64,000 bases of DNA from an uncultured Dehalococcoidia bacterium (GTDB taxonomy: Bacteria; Chloroflexota; Dehalococcoidia; Lucifugimonadales; QGNO01), in assembly GCA_964493125.1 (NCBI GenBank), contig CAZBMS010000003.1:6425-70424 (forward strand). The letters are read 5' to 3'. Positions within the stretch are counted from its first letter, which is position 1, and every line of letters begins with the position of its first letter. Positions 1 to 9,933 of the stretch are shown piece after piece. Below the pieces are notes generated by a model. That model worked only from the letters and a program-made list of their open reading frames with translations, searched no databases and was not told where the DNA came from. A program made the translations under genes and the position numbers.

Positions 1-1
1 T

Positions 2-1435
2 AGTATTTGTCGGATTAACGGTAGAATCGTTACTCGTCGCCTGCTTGGTAAAGCTGCCGAATCACTCATAGATATACACAATCAAGGTGAACACATGTCA
101 CTTTTGAGAGTAAGAGAACATATCAATTTTCTAGATCGTTATGCAGGTATATCCGAAGACAGAGATCAGCTATCCCTAGCGATCGCCAACTTGAAATCTC
201 TCCAACATCAATTGAGTGAACTTTACACTGATGAAACTGCGCGTCTCCGAGCCATTGAAAGCCTTGGCAACGAAATTGCGGAAATTGATGATGCCCGACT
301 GCAACCGGATGAAGAAGAGGTGTTAAGCAAAGAACGGCGCATGGTTGCCAGCCAGGAACAGCTAATATCAATCGTATCTAAAGCGTATTCAGCACTTGAC
401 AACAAGGAAACTGAAAATAGCTCCGCTAGTGACATGGTAGGACTGGCTACCAACTCACTCCTTCAATCCGAATACCTAGATGAAGACCTCAAAAGCTTCA
501 GGGAGAATGCGGAGGATATATCCATACGATTGGCAGATTTATCAACGTCTCTGAGAAGGTATCTCGATGCCCTGCAATATACTCCTGGTCGTTTAAATGA
601 AATAGAGGAACGCCTAGGCTTAATACTTTTACTGAAACGTAAATATGGCCCAACAGTTCAAAAGATACTGGAATATAGGGAAAATGCGACAGCGCGATTG
701 GCCGAAATTTCTACCCAGGGCAACCAGGTTTCAGAATTACTTCAGCAGCAAGCACAAAGTGAAACAGATATAGGACAAGTCGCACACAGTTTGTCCGAGG
801 CACGAAATGGCGCGACAAAAAAGTTGGTGAGTTCGGTAGAAACCGAATTATCTCAACTAGCAATGGATCGTACGAAAATGGAGATTCGAATTACACAGAT
901 ATCCTCGGATGAAGGTGTGCCTATAGGCGGGCAAAGGTACTCTTTCGACTATGCTGGTATAGATCAAGTCGAATTCCTGATATCACCAAACCCTGGGGAG
1001 CCTCTGAAACCACTAGCAACGATTGCTTCTGGTGGAGAAAGCTCAAGAATCATGCTAGCGATCAAAGTTACTCTGTCAGAAATTGATAAAGTCCCGACAT
1101 TGATTTTCGATGAAATAGATAGCGGAATCGGAGGGCGTGTAGGAAGTGTAGTAGGGCAAAAACTCAGCAATTTATCGCAAGATCGCCAAGTCCTATGCGT
1201 GACTCATTTGCCACAAATTGCTAGCTTCGCTGATCACCACATTAAAGTCACAAAAATGACAAAAAACGACCGCACAATAACTACGACCAAAATTTTATCA
1301 AACTTGGACAGGATTGAAGAGATTGCCGAAATGCTAGGTCATGTTTCGGAATCAAGTCGCAAAAATGCAAAGGACATTTTGCGAGTATCTGCTGACTACA
1401 AAAAAGTGAATAAATCGCAGGCTAACAAGCCCTGA
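2..1435 (+). CDS. recN: DNA repair protein RecN, C-terminal part (5' end lies upstream of the window)
   Basis: The frame is open from base 2, with no stop before the first ATG at 95. A long coiled-coil-like region is followed by the SMC/ABC signature SGGESSRIMLA and Walker B LIFDEIDSGIGG. Confidence 0.9.
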   Translation, partial: SICRINGRIVTRRLLGKAAESLIDIHNQGEHMSLLRVREHINFLDRYAGISEDRDQLSLAIANLKSLQHQLSELYTDETARLRAIESLGNEIAEIDDARLQPDEEEVLSKERRMVASQEQLISIVSKAYSALDNKETENSSASDMVGLATNSLLQSEYLDEDLKSFRENAEDISIRLADLSTSLRRYLDALQYTPGRLNEIEERLGLILLLKRKYGPTVQKILEYRENATARLAEISTQGNQVSELLQQQAQSETDIGQVAHSLSEARNGATKKLVSSVETELSQLAMDRTKMEIRITQISSDEGVPIGGQRYSFDYAGIDQVEFLISPNPGEPLKPLATIASGGESSRIMLAIKVTLSEIDKVPTLIFDEIDSGIGGRVGSVVGQKLSNLSQDRQVLCVTHLPQIASFADHHIKVTKMTKNDRTITTTKILSNLDRIEEIAEMLGHVSESSRKNAKDILRVSADYKKVNKSQANKP

Positions 1436-1551
1436 TTTATATGTCTAAGAGGACTAATACGCCTTTGACACTCACATCTGACGAATGCTATAGTCACCCG
1501 TATCAGGAGGCAGGAACTGCAATTTGCAGTCAAATATACAAATGTCTAATA

Positions 1552-1591
1552 AAAGGAACCCCTTAGCTATTTAAGGGGTTCCTTTGCTTTT
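1552..1591 (+). terminator. Intrinsic terminator after recN (14-bp perfect stem, A-tract 5', T-tract 3')
   Basis: AAAGGAACCCCTTA (1552-1565), loop GCTATT, then TAAGGGGTTCCTTT (1572-1585), followed by GCTTTT. Confidence 0.75.
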
Positions 1592-1603
1592 AATAGGAGC
1601 ACA

Positions 1604-2890
1604 ATGAGCACAGCGGAGTTTATTTGGTTATCAATCATGATTGTTATGCTGTTGTTGTCAGCCTTTTTCTCCGGTTCTGAGGCAGCGTTTCTATCACTAC
1701 AGAAAACCAGGCTAGCATTTCTGGTGCGCAACAAGGTGCGAGGTGCAGAAAACGTTGCTAAAATCGCAAGCAGTCCTGAGAAACTGCTCCCGACCGTTCT
1801 TACTGGGAATAACCTGACCAACACTGCTGCTGCCGCCCTTGGAACATCCCTGATAGCCACCAGGCTAAATCCTGGGCAAAGTGTAATTGTTTCCACCGTG
1901 GTAATTACGATACTTCTTCTAATTTTTTCCGAGACCATACCTAAGACTTTCGCAGCCAGAAACGCTGAGAGATTTGCCTTTATTGCAGTAAGGCCGTTGC
2001 AATGGGTAGGCAGAATACTATTCCCCTCTGTTTGGCTACTTGAACGATTGGCCCGTTTGGTTGGAAGATTATTTGGAGTATCTTCAGAAAATATGTTTGC
2101 CGGAGAAGAGATACGAGCTCTAATTGTGGCTGGGCGTGAATCTGGGGAGGTAGATCACTCACAAGCTGAAATGCTCGAGCAAGTTTTTCGCTTTTTCGGG
2201 CAAAAACAGCTACGTGAAGTCATGACTCCAAGAACGGAAATAGTGGCACTGGAAAAGTTATCCTCTCTTAAAGACTTCCTTTCTGTTTATAGCAAACATT
2301 CTCATACTAGATTCCCTATCTATGAAGGAAATTTAGACAATGTGATAGGAACTCTATCAGTCAAAGACGTGGTTGGCGCGATGTCCAAAAGCAACCTAAA
2401 GTCAAACTACGATGTAACCCAACTGATAAGAGATGCTTACTTCGTCCCTGAAACTAAATTAGTAAGCAGCATTTTCCCCGAGCTGCGCCAATCTGCATTT
2501 CAAATCATAATGGTTGCTGATGAGTTTGGGGGGGTAGCAGGGCTGGTAACTCTAAAACAACTAGTTGAGGAAATTGTTGGAAGAGTAGGAGAGGAAGGCA
2601 AAGAACCAGAGGAAGACTATCAAACTATTGACGATAACACTTACCAATTGGAAGGAGGGATGGACATAAATGAAGCGAACGAAAGAATCGGCCTTGACAT
2701 CCCTGAGGGGGGATATGAAACCGTGGCTGGGTTTATTCTTAGCCAACTAGGACGCATCCCTATTCAACACGAACGAATCCTACACAAAGGGTTCATTCTG
2801 GAAGTCACAGAAATGGGCGGGGTAAGAATAGAACAAGTGAAGGTAACCCGAGTAGCAAAAGTTGAAGATAGCCAGCAGGATTCTCGATAA
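1604..2890 (+). CDS. CNNM/DUF21 - CBS pair - CorC_HlyC family membrane protein (hemolysin-like / divalent-cation efflux family)
   Basis: The N-terminus has a hydrophobic DUF21-type region. The central part looks like tandem CBS domains. The C-terminus resembles the transporter-associated domain (YETVAGFILSQLGRIP...). Confidence 0.85.
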   Translation: MSTAEFIWLSIMIVMLLLSAFFSGSEAAFLSLQKTRLAFLVRNKVRGAENVAKIASSPEKLLPTVLTGNNLTNTAAAALGTSLIATRLNPGQSVIVSTVVITILLLIFSETIPKTFAARNAERFAFIAVRPLQWVGRILFPSVWLLERLARLVGRLFGVSSENMFAGEEIRALIVAGRESGEVDHSQAEMLEQVFRFFGQKQLREVMTPRTEIVALEKLSSLKDFLSVYSKHSHTRFPIYEGNLDNVIGTLSVKDVVGAMSKSNLKSNYDVTQLIRDAYFVPETKLVSSIFPELRQSAFQIIMVADEFGGVAGLVTLKQLVEEIVGRVGEEGKEPEEDYQTIDDNTYQLEGGMDINEANERIGLDIPEGGYETVAGFILSQLGRIPIQHERILHKGFILEVTEMGGVRIEQVKVTRVAKVEDSQQDSR

Positions 2891-4339
2891 GTGAACTCGA
2901 GATCTATTGACGAAGCAGTAAAAGAAACCTTAGAGGCTGGGGGATTACTGGACTCTGGCAAACTTGTGCTTATAGGCGTATCAGGCGGAGCAGATTCGCT
3001 TGCACTGCTATTGTCGCTTCACTCCCTCTCCTCCAAATACCGTTTCTACCTTTACGCAGGCCACCTAAATCACTTATTGCGAGGAGAAGATTCGGAAGCA
3101 GATTCCGCCTTTGTCACAAAAGTGTGCGAAGACTTAAACATACGACTATTCAATGAGAAAGTGAACGTGGCCGAGATACGGAAGCAACAAAACCTCTCTT
3201 TAGAAGAAGCTGCTCGCTTCGCTAGGCTAAAATTTCTCGGCAGAGTTTCAAAGGACTCTGGATGTTCAGCCATAGCACTGGGACACACATCCGATGACCA
3301 AGCCGAAACTGTACTTCTCAACATGATTAGAGGTGCTGGAGTTCGCGGGCTACGCGCTATGGCACCTATATCTAATTGGAGCATATCCCAAACAGAACAT
3401 TTACCACTTATTCGGCCATTCCTTAAGGTAACCCGCCAAGAAACAGAAGCCTATTGCTCAGCGCTTGGAATAAAGCCAAGGGTAGATGCATCCAACTTCG
3501 ATGAAGCATTTACACGAAATCGTATTCGCCACAAGCTAATACCTGAATTGGCTACTTTCAATCCTTCAATAAAGAAGGCCTTGTCTAAACTCGCCGTCGC
3601 AGCAACTAGTGACATAGAATATATAGATAAGCAAGTTTCATTGACCTGGCCCTCAATAGCTACGGTTGATTTGAACTGCGTCAAAATCAACCGCATAGAT
3701 TTCATTAATCAACACCCTTCGGTTCAATCACATATATTACACAAGGCATACATACTAATGGCGGGAGACTCCTCATATCTAAATTATCGCCAGATCAACG
3801 CGATGAAGTCTATTGCTCAAAAGGGGGCCGGCCGCTCTTTCTCTTTGCCTCGTGGAATTGAATTCCTCACGACTTACAAACAAATCTCGATTTCTAAGGG
3901 ATCTGCATCTCAAGAACAGCATCAGCTTGTGGAAACTTCTCTGTCAGTTCCAGGAAAAACCCGGTTAGGTAATTGGGAAGTCGAAGTCATCGCCAGCGAT
4001 AATGACCATCAACCTACCAATCTAAGTAATTCGGATAATTACCTCTCATATATGAGTCACGAGCAGCTAGGCAGCGTATTAACTGTGCGTAGCCGCCTTC
4101 CTGGTGACCGATTTAATCCTCTTGGCCTAAATACGGAAATTAAACTTAAAGAATTCATGATCAAAAGTCATATTCCTCGTCACGACAGGGATGCCGTACC
4201 TTTATTGATATCCAAAGGACGTATAGCTTGGGTAGTTGGTCATAGAATTGCTAATTGGGGAAGAGTAAAGTCAGAAACAGGAGGCATCTTGAGAATCATA
4301 TTTCACAAACTGCAAGACAGTGGATATAAAGCTGATTAA
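2891..4339 (+). CDS. tilS: tRNA(Ile)-lysidine synthase
   Basis: PP-loop motif GVSGGADS near the N-terminus and GHTSDDQAET. GTG start directly after the stop of the preceding gene. Confidence 0.85.
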   Translation: MNSRSIDEAVKETLEAGGLLDSGKLVLIGVSGGADSLALLLSLHSLSSKYRFYLYAGHLNHLLRGEDSEADSAFVTKVCEDLNIRLFNEKVNVAEIRKQQNLSLEEAARFARLKFLGRVSKDSGCSAIALGHTSDDQAETVLLNMIRGAGVRGLRAMAPISNWSISQTEHLPLIRPFLKVTRQETEAYCSALGIKPRVDASNFDEAFTRNRIRHKLIPELATFNPSIKKALSKLAVAATSDIEYIDKQVSLTWPSIATVDLNCVKINRIDFINQHPSVQSHILHKAYILMAGDSSYLNYRQINAMKSIAQKGAGRSFSLPRGIEFLTTYKQISISKGSASQEQHQLVETSLSVPGKTRLGNWEVEVIASDNDHQPTNLSNSDNYLSYMSHEQLGSVLTVRSRLPGDRFNPLGLNTEIKLKEFMIKSHIPRHDRDAVPLLISKGRIAWVVGHRIANWGRVKSETGGILRIIFHKLQDSGYKAD

Positions 4340-5064
4340 ACTAGTGTTCCCAGCTTTGGTACCCCTCCCAATCGGAGACGTAGTAGCCCATTCAAGTCTC
4401 GCCACACCGTACTAATCAGCTTAACCCTCGAGTCAGGATCGTCGGTCCATATAACTGGAATGTCCTTGATCTTAAGCCCATTCTTTTCTGCGACAATTAG
4501 CAATTCCGTATCAAAAAACCAGCCCTGATCTTTCACAGAAGGCAACAATAAAGCTGCCGCTTCTCGAGTCATAGCCTTAAAGCCACATTGGGCATCAGTA
4601 AACTTATTTAGGAAAAGGGCTTTTATTAGATAATTATATGACCTTGAAATGATTTCTCGCTTGACCGTTCGCGAGTACACTCTAGCGCCCTTGATTAATC
4701 GTGATCCAACTGCTACATCATACCCACTTTCCAAGGCTTTAATCATGCAAGGAACTGCAGTCAAGTCGGTAGATAAATCTACATCCATATAACTTACTAA
4801 ATCGGCGTCAGTTGCCAACCACGCTTGCCGTAATGCTCTCCCTCTACCTCTCACCTCTAATCTCAATGATGTCACATTTGTGCACTCTCGGGACAAATCA
4901 CGTGAAATCAAGGGGGTGTTATCCTCGGATCCATTATCGGCTATAACTATGCGCCACGGATTTTTAATTGCCGACTTAAGATAGCTGCACAGTGTCTCTA
5001 CAGACTCCCGCAACTTCTCCTCTTCATTCAAAACTGGTATGACAAAATCTACTTGTAGTGGCAT
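4336..5064 (-). CDS. Family 2 glycosyltransferase (polyprenyl-phosphate sugar transferase-like)
   Basis: VIPVLNEEE N-terminal GT-A motif, ADNGSEDNT, and the acidic motif DADLVSYMDVDLS. Confidence 0.8.
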   Translation of the reverse strand: MPLQVDFVIPVLNEEEKLRESVETLCSYLKSAIKNPWRIVIADNGSEDNTPLISRDLSRECTNVTSLRLEVRGRGRALRQAWLATDADLVSYMDVDLSTDLTAVPCMIKALESGYDVAVGSRLIKGARVYSRTVKREIISRSYNYLIKALFLNKFTDAQCGFKAMTREAAALLLPSVKDQGWFFDTELLIVAEKNGLKIKDIPVIWTDDPDSRVKLISTVWRDLNGLLRLRLGGVPKLGTLV

Positions 5065-5100
5065 CGTATGATTAGGCGACCACTCCTTCAGTGGTTATAA

Positions 5101-6207
5101 CTACATTACTCTTCTCAAATAAGATATGGCATTTTGACCCGCTATTTTCCTGATCTGGTCAGGAGAATACCCGCGCGATACTAGGCCACGAATGATGTTC
5201 TTGCCATCAGCTGGAGATTCTAAGCCATCCATATAGAGGGCATTTGGTGCATTACTTCCGATACTCCGCGTTGAGTAATCTACATGATCCCCTATTAAGG
5301 TATCTGTTCCTATTCCTACGTTATCTATACCTACAAGGTTCACCATATAGTCATAATGGTCTAGAACAACGTTAATGTTTTGGTTCGGATCATCACTCAG
5401 GGAATTGGGCACTGAGGTCACGCATATTATTCCACCCTTCTCCACGCAGGCTACCAATACGTCATCCTTAACCGTTCTCTTGGTCTGCCTCAAGGTAAAA
5501 GACGCATTATGGCTGAGTATAGGAGGAGCTTCGGAATACTTTATGGCTTGCAATGCCGTTTCGTGGCCGGCGTGAGACAAATCTACAGCCATACCCAATA
5601 TGTTCATCCTTTTAACTACTGCTTCACCAAATTGACTTAGCCCTGCATCGGTGATTTCGTAGCTCCCATCTCCAATATAGGATTTGTGGGAATATGTAAG
5701 CCCTGCCATCCTTATTCCCATAGCGTACAGGACATCCACCCTATGCAATTGATTGCCGATAGCAAGATGTTCCGCTGTTGGGAAAAATCCCAACTTGCCT
5801 TGCTGATGGGCAGAAAGTATTTCATCCGGGCTTGTAACTTTAGTTACTAATTCAGAGCGTAAACTCATATCAGCAAGCATTATTCCGATTTCATCCAGGA
5901 CTGTATCAAATTCCGCCGAAGAAGCGTGAGTGGGCTTAATGCCACCTCGAAAACCATTTGCTGTCGCGACCGTAGACCAGCCCCCATGCTTCGCTGCTTC
6001 ATAACCCCATTCATAATCACTATCACGCAAATATTCAATAAAATGATCCATGTTTTCGGGGAACACCATAGGATGCTCATGCATATCAACCATCAATATG
6101 CCTTCCATGACTTCCTGATATTTCTTCTCGTCTTCGTTTGACAGGTCGACCGTCATAGACGGCACACGATTGGTCTGACTAACCAAAGAAATCGATGCCT
6201 TTGCCAT
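5101..6207 (-). CDS. Peptidase M19 family dipeptidase (amidohydrolase fold)
   Basis: VDMHEHP metal-binding start and AVDLSHAGHETALQAI, with an overall renal-dipeptidase-like layout. Strong SD (AGGAGGTATAT) before the ATG. Confidence 0.7.
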   Translation of the reverse strand: MAKASISLVSQTNRVPSMTVDLSNEDEKKYQEVMEGILMVDMHEHPMVFPENMDHFIEYLRDSDYEWGYEAAKHGGWSTVATANGFRGGIKPTHASSAEFDTVLDEIGIMLADMSLRSELVTKVTSPDEILSAHQQGKLGFFPTAEHLAIGNQLHRVDVLYAMGIRMAGLTYSHKSYIGDGSYEITDAGLSQFGEAVVKRMNILGMAVDLSHAGHETALQAIKYSEAPPILSHNASFTLRQTKRTVKDDVLVACVEKGGIICVTSVPNSLSDDPNQNINVVLDHYDYMVNLVGIDNVGIGTDTLIGDHVDYSTRSIGSNAPNALYMDGLESPADGKNIIRGLVSRGYSPDQIRKIAGQNAISYLRRVM

Positions 6208-6314
6208 ATATACCTCCTACTAGAGAACCTAACTAATAACCTGTATGCTTATTGAAGGGCGCACTCAAGTGTCAATCATAATAAACGACCAGTTTCCTCA
6301 AGCCAGGAAGTGCA

Positions 6315-7628
6315 TTGCAAAGACAGGACGATCACAATCAAATTACTACTCCCCATTTCAAAGATCGCATTGCACCCCTATTATTCCTAAGCAACAGCCC
6401 CTTACGCGCATTAACATATCATAGCTACGTCTATCTTTGGAGTTCCTCAAGCATTTCTATCATTTCCTTTTTCTTGATGGTTATAGCTCGAGGCTGGCTT
6501 GTCCTCGAAATGACTGATTCGGCATTCTTAGTAACAGCTACCCAAGCTGCTAGCATGCTGCCTCAACTCTTCACGTCACTAATCGGGGGATTCTTGGCAG
6601 ACAGGTTCAATAGAAAAAAGATTATCATCTTCTCAGAACTTTTTAATATGTCCACGTTGCTAGCCTTGTCAGTGCTAGTAATCACGGATGTTGTACAGGT
6701 TTGGCAAATCTTCGTCCTCTCCTTTATGGGGGGCATTACCTTTTCTATAGGCTTCCTCGCCCGGACATCCTCAGTACCAAATCTGGTTGAAAGAAACGAT
6801 ATAACAAGCGCAGTAGCCTTGTTCACCACGGTTTTCAGCGCGGGCCAACTCATAGGACCAGCTATCGCAGGAATCCTCATTGAATCTCTGGGTATGGGAA
6901 TCACCTTCTTGAGCTCTGCTCTAGTACTAATAGTTGCCATTTTGGTACTTGTGCCCCTAAAAACAATCTCTGGAAATACTTCAGACACAGGTGGTAGACG
7001 CTTGTCGTTTATTCAAAGTGTCGCAGAGGGGTTCTCTTACGTTAAAAAGAGCAACTTAGTGCTCGGCCTTATGGTGTTAGGACTCGGTGCAACTCTGTTC
7101 GGCTTTCCATTTATGAGCATATTGCCTGTCTTTGCTAGGGACGTTCTCGAAGTGGGTGCGAATGGTCTAGGATGGCTTGCGGCTATGCAAGGAGTTGGGG
7201 CTTTGATCGGATCAATAATAGTAGCTTCGATGCGCAGCCATTCTCAGGTAAAACTCTTAACAGTAGCTGGATCGTTGGGGCTCCCGGTATTCGTCCTACT
7301 ATTCGCCGTTTCTTCTGTATATACACTATCGCTTGTCTTAGTTCTTATACTCGGGTTTTTCTTCCAGGTTTTTATGACTAGCAACTTCACCCAAGTGCAG
7401 ATAATAGTTCCAGACTCAATCCGGGGACGAGTCCTGAGCATTAGAATGATCGTATTCGGGATCGGCCCCATAGGAATGATAGCCTTAGGAGCAACCGCAG
7501 AGATAATAGGAGCTATTAATGCAACTGCAGCCATGGGAGTTATCGGCCTCGTCTTTCTTTCAGTCACTATAGCCCTATTCCCTGCACTACGAAAAACGGA
7601 GCCGATTCAAAGCCTGGACACAAGCTAG
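6315..7628 (+). CDS. MFS transporter (EntS/MFS_3-like)
   Basis: About 12 hydrophobic segments and the loop motif GGFLADRFNRKK between TM2 and TM3. The exact start is uncertain. Confidence 0.75.
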   Translation: MQRQDDHNQITTPHFKDRIAPLLFLSNSPLRALTYHSYVYLWSSSSISIISFFLMVIARGWLVLEMTDSAFLVTATQAASMLPQLFTSLIGGFLADRFNRKKIIIFSELFNMSTLLALSVLVITDVVQVWQIFVLSFMGGITFSIGFLARTSSVPNLVERNDITSAVALFTTVFSAGQLIGPAIAGILIESLGMGITFLSSALVLIVAILVLVPLKTISGNTSDTGGRRLSFIQSVAEGFSYVKKSNLVLGLMVLGLGATLFGFPFMSILPVFARDVLEVGANGLGWLAAMQGVGALIGSIIVASMRSHSQVKLLTVAGSLGLPVFVLLFAVSSVYTLSLVLVLILGFFFQVFMTSNFTQVQIIVPDSIRGRVLSIRMIVFGIGPIGMIALGATAEIIGAINATAAMGVIGLVFLSVTIALFPALRKTEPIQSLDTS

Positions 7629-7719
7629 GTCTGTTCGACAGCTGGAATAGAGAAAGAGTAAGAAGTGCCTCACGATTAAGCAACCAATAATACAGGTGAC
7701 GTAAGAGATATAATTCGAA

Positions 7720-8304
7720 TTAGTGGGAAGGCATTTCTTGCCCGACAAACGAAGTCCTAAATCTGTACAATGTCATTTCCGGCTCGTTTGGAGACAAAGG
7801 CAAATATTCCTCTTCCTCAATCTTAGCCACAATAAACCAAGGGCCATCATTTTTCATAGCCTCTTGAAACACTTGATCTAAGTCTTCCAGAGTGCTCACT
7901 GAAGCAGTATGTGAAATGTTACATGCTCTGGCAACTTGCTCCAGATCGGTACCTCTCCCAGTATGACTAGTTTGATGACCTGTTTGCCCCCATTCCTCAT
8001 TATCCCATACCACCACGATTAAGTTTTTGGGTTGCTCCTGGCCTATAGTCGCTATTGTGCCCATATTCATCAATAGGGATCCATCACCATCCAGAGAAAT
8101 AACTTTATCAGGGACAGACAGGGCCATACCCAGCGCATTCGACGAACACAACCCCATTGACCCAAATGTATAGAAGTTCCTGTCCCTGTGCCCAGCATGC
8201 CATAGCTCATCGGTAGTTGGCCCCAAGTTCGCAACCACCGGCTCATCGCCTAGTTGACTCATAATAAGTTTAGTAGCTTCCAGTCTATGCAAGTTTCCCT
8301 CCAT
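7720..8304 (-). CDS. comE: Sulfopyruvate decarboxylase beta subunit-like (TPP-binding half; phosphonopyruvate decarboxylase not excluded)
   Basis: TPP motif GDGSLLMNMGTIATIG...VVVWDNEEWGQTGHQ. Collinear with archaeal ComE as I recall it. Overlaps the upstream comD-like gene by 20 nt. Confidence 0.75.
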   Translation of the reverse strand: MEGNLHRLEATKLIMSQLGDEPVVANLGPTTDELWHAGHRDRNFYTFGSMGLCSSNALGMALSVPDKVISLDGDGSLLMNMGTIATIGQEQPKNLIVVVWDNEEWGQTGHQTSHTGRGTDLEQVARACNISHTASVSTLEDLDQVFQEAMKNDGPWFIVAKIEEEEYLPLSPNEPEMTLYRFRTSFVGQEMPSH

Positions 8305-8791
8305 GCAAAAGAGGCGTCATGCAAAGAGCCAACGGCTCCCTACTCGCGTAACACAGCTTTAGCGCCCCAGATACCAAAGCCGGCATTTTGCGGGGGTCAT
8401 CTAAAGTATAATTTGTTATCCCAAGAACATCCAAAATAGGCCTCGTAGACCGACCCATAGGAACCTGCGCAATGTTGAACTCGTTCAGCTCCCCACGAAG
8501 ATTGATAAACAGTGGTATTGGTATGCGACATGGTATGCACAGACTATTAATAGCGTTTATAGAGTTTCCAAAGCCACTGGACTGCATAAACACAGCTGCA
8601 TTTCGTCCCACCGCATATGCTCCAGCTGCAATCCCTATAGCCTCCTCCTCTCTAGTCGCCGAAACAACATGAAAGTAAGGATCTTCCTGCAAAAGTTGGG
8701 TCACCTGTGCTATGGAAATGTCTGGTACGAACGCAATAAGAGACACATTGTTCTCCTTAAGACATCCAACCATATCTTCTGCCCAAGTCAT
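8285..8791 (-). CDS. comD: Sulfopyruvate decarboxylase alpha subunit-like (TPP pyrimidine-binding half)
   Basis: ATREEEAIGIAAGAY...FMQSSGFGNSINAI is typical of the ComD/TPP N-terminal domain. I prefer the ATG at 8791 (SD GGAGAG 4 nt upstream) over the GTG at 8836 used by the ORF track. Confidence 0.75.
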   Translation of the reverse strand: MTWAEDMVGCLKENNVSLIAFVPDISIAQVTQLLQEDPYFHVVSATREEEAIGIAAGAYAVGRNAAVFMQSSGFGNSINAINSLCIPCRIPIPLFINLRGELNEFNIAQVPMGRSTRPILDVLGITNYTLDDPRKMPALVSGALKLCYASREPLALCMTPLLHGGKLA

Positions 8792-8885
8792 AAAACTCTC
8801 CGCGACAAGTGAATTTTGCAGCAGCAAGGATTGCACAAACGTCGCATGGAGTCAATCTTTACATAATATAAACAAAGGGGAAAGC

Positions 8886-9884
8886 TTATGAACTGGGTGA
8901 ACGTGATTGCATTCTAGCTTTCTTAATCACGATATGTTGATGGTAGGCAAGAGCAATCGGTCCAATAATCACTACGCTGAGATAGCTTATCGATCTATCG
9001 AGTAATGCAATGGAAACCGCGGCGCCTTCGGATAATGTCAAAGCTAATATTCCAGCGATGCCAGTCTCAACGACACCAAGGCCTCCAGGAGTAATTGGTG
9101 TTGCAGACAACAAAGCGGCAGCGATTGCAACGAACAATACTAGGTCTACTCCAACATCTAGTCCTGTTGCTTTGATTACCAAATATAGCCTTCCTACTTC
9201 CGCCAACCACCCCAACAAACCATATATCCCAACCTGTGGCAGTAACCTAAAGCTCCGCATTACACCTTGACGAAAACCTACATACGTCCGAAAAAGTTTT
9301 CTTGGCAAAAAAATCGCTACACGCTTCCAAAATAAATGTGCTCCAAGAAGTGCTAGCAACGAAAGGCTAGCCAGGCCGAGACCAGCTAGTAACAGAAACC
9401 GAGGAGGTCTACTATCAGAATCTATCAACATTGATAAGAATCCAATCAAAAGCAATCCAAAAACCAGTAGTATGTCCATCAGTCGCTCTGCGACCACTGT
9501 GCCGCCTGAACGAGCAAATGATGCTCCACTTTCCTTTGTGTAAGCATAGGCTCGATACGCATCTCCGATCCGAAACCAAGTAACAGAGCTTGCGAACCAT
9601 CCAATCAAAATTAGACGCCCCGATGCAACAACAGAAGGTAAATATATCTCTTTAGATCGAGCCACTCCTGCATTTCTTAACAACAATCGCCAACGCTGAC
9701 CTCGGAATAAAAATGTTGTGTAATGTACAAAGATCGCAAGGACATAAAGACTAGGGTTACTTCTCTTGATTATCTCCTGTGTTGCCTCGAGGTCAATCGA
9801 AAATCTGGACAATAGGAAATAAATTATCGCTAAGCCCAAAATAAAGGAAACCAAAGTCGGCGTGGACAGAAACCTCCTGCTCAA
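8886..9884 (-). CDS. UPF0104 / lysyl-PG-synthase-TM-like (flippase-like) integral membrane protein
   Basis: Polytopic hydrophobic protein with the family-typical TPITPGGLGVVETG motif near the C-terminus. Confidence 0.6.
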   Translation of the reverse strand: MSRRFLSTPTLVSFILGLAIIYFLLSRFSIDLEATQEIIKRSNPSLYVLAIFVHYTTFLFRGQRWRLLLRNAGVARSKEIYLPSVVASGRLILIGWFASSVTWFRIGDAYRAYAYTKESGASFARSGGTVVAERLMDILLVFGLLLIGFLSMLIDSDSRPPRFLLLAGLGLASLSLLALLGAHLFWKRVAIFLPRKLFRTYVGFRQGVMRSFRLLPQVGIYGLLGWLAEVGRLYLVIKATGLDVGVDLVLFVAIAAALLSATPITPGGLGVVETGIAGILALTLSEGAAVSIALLDRSISYLSVVIIGPIALAYHQHIVIKKARMQSRSPSS

Positions 9885-9933
9885 CGATAACCTATGCTGC
9901 TCAAGGTCGCTACTTATAAGAATCCTCCAATAA

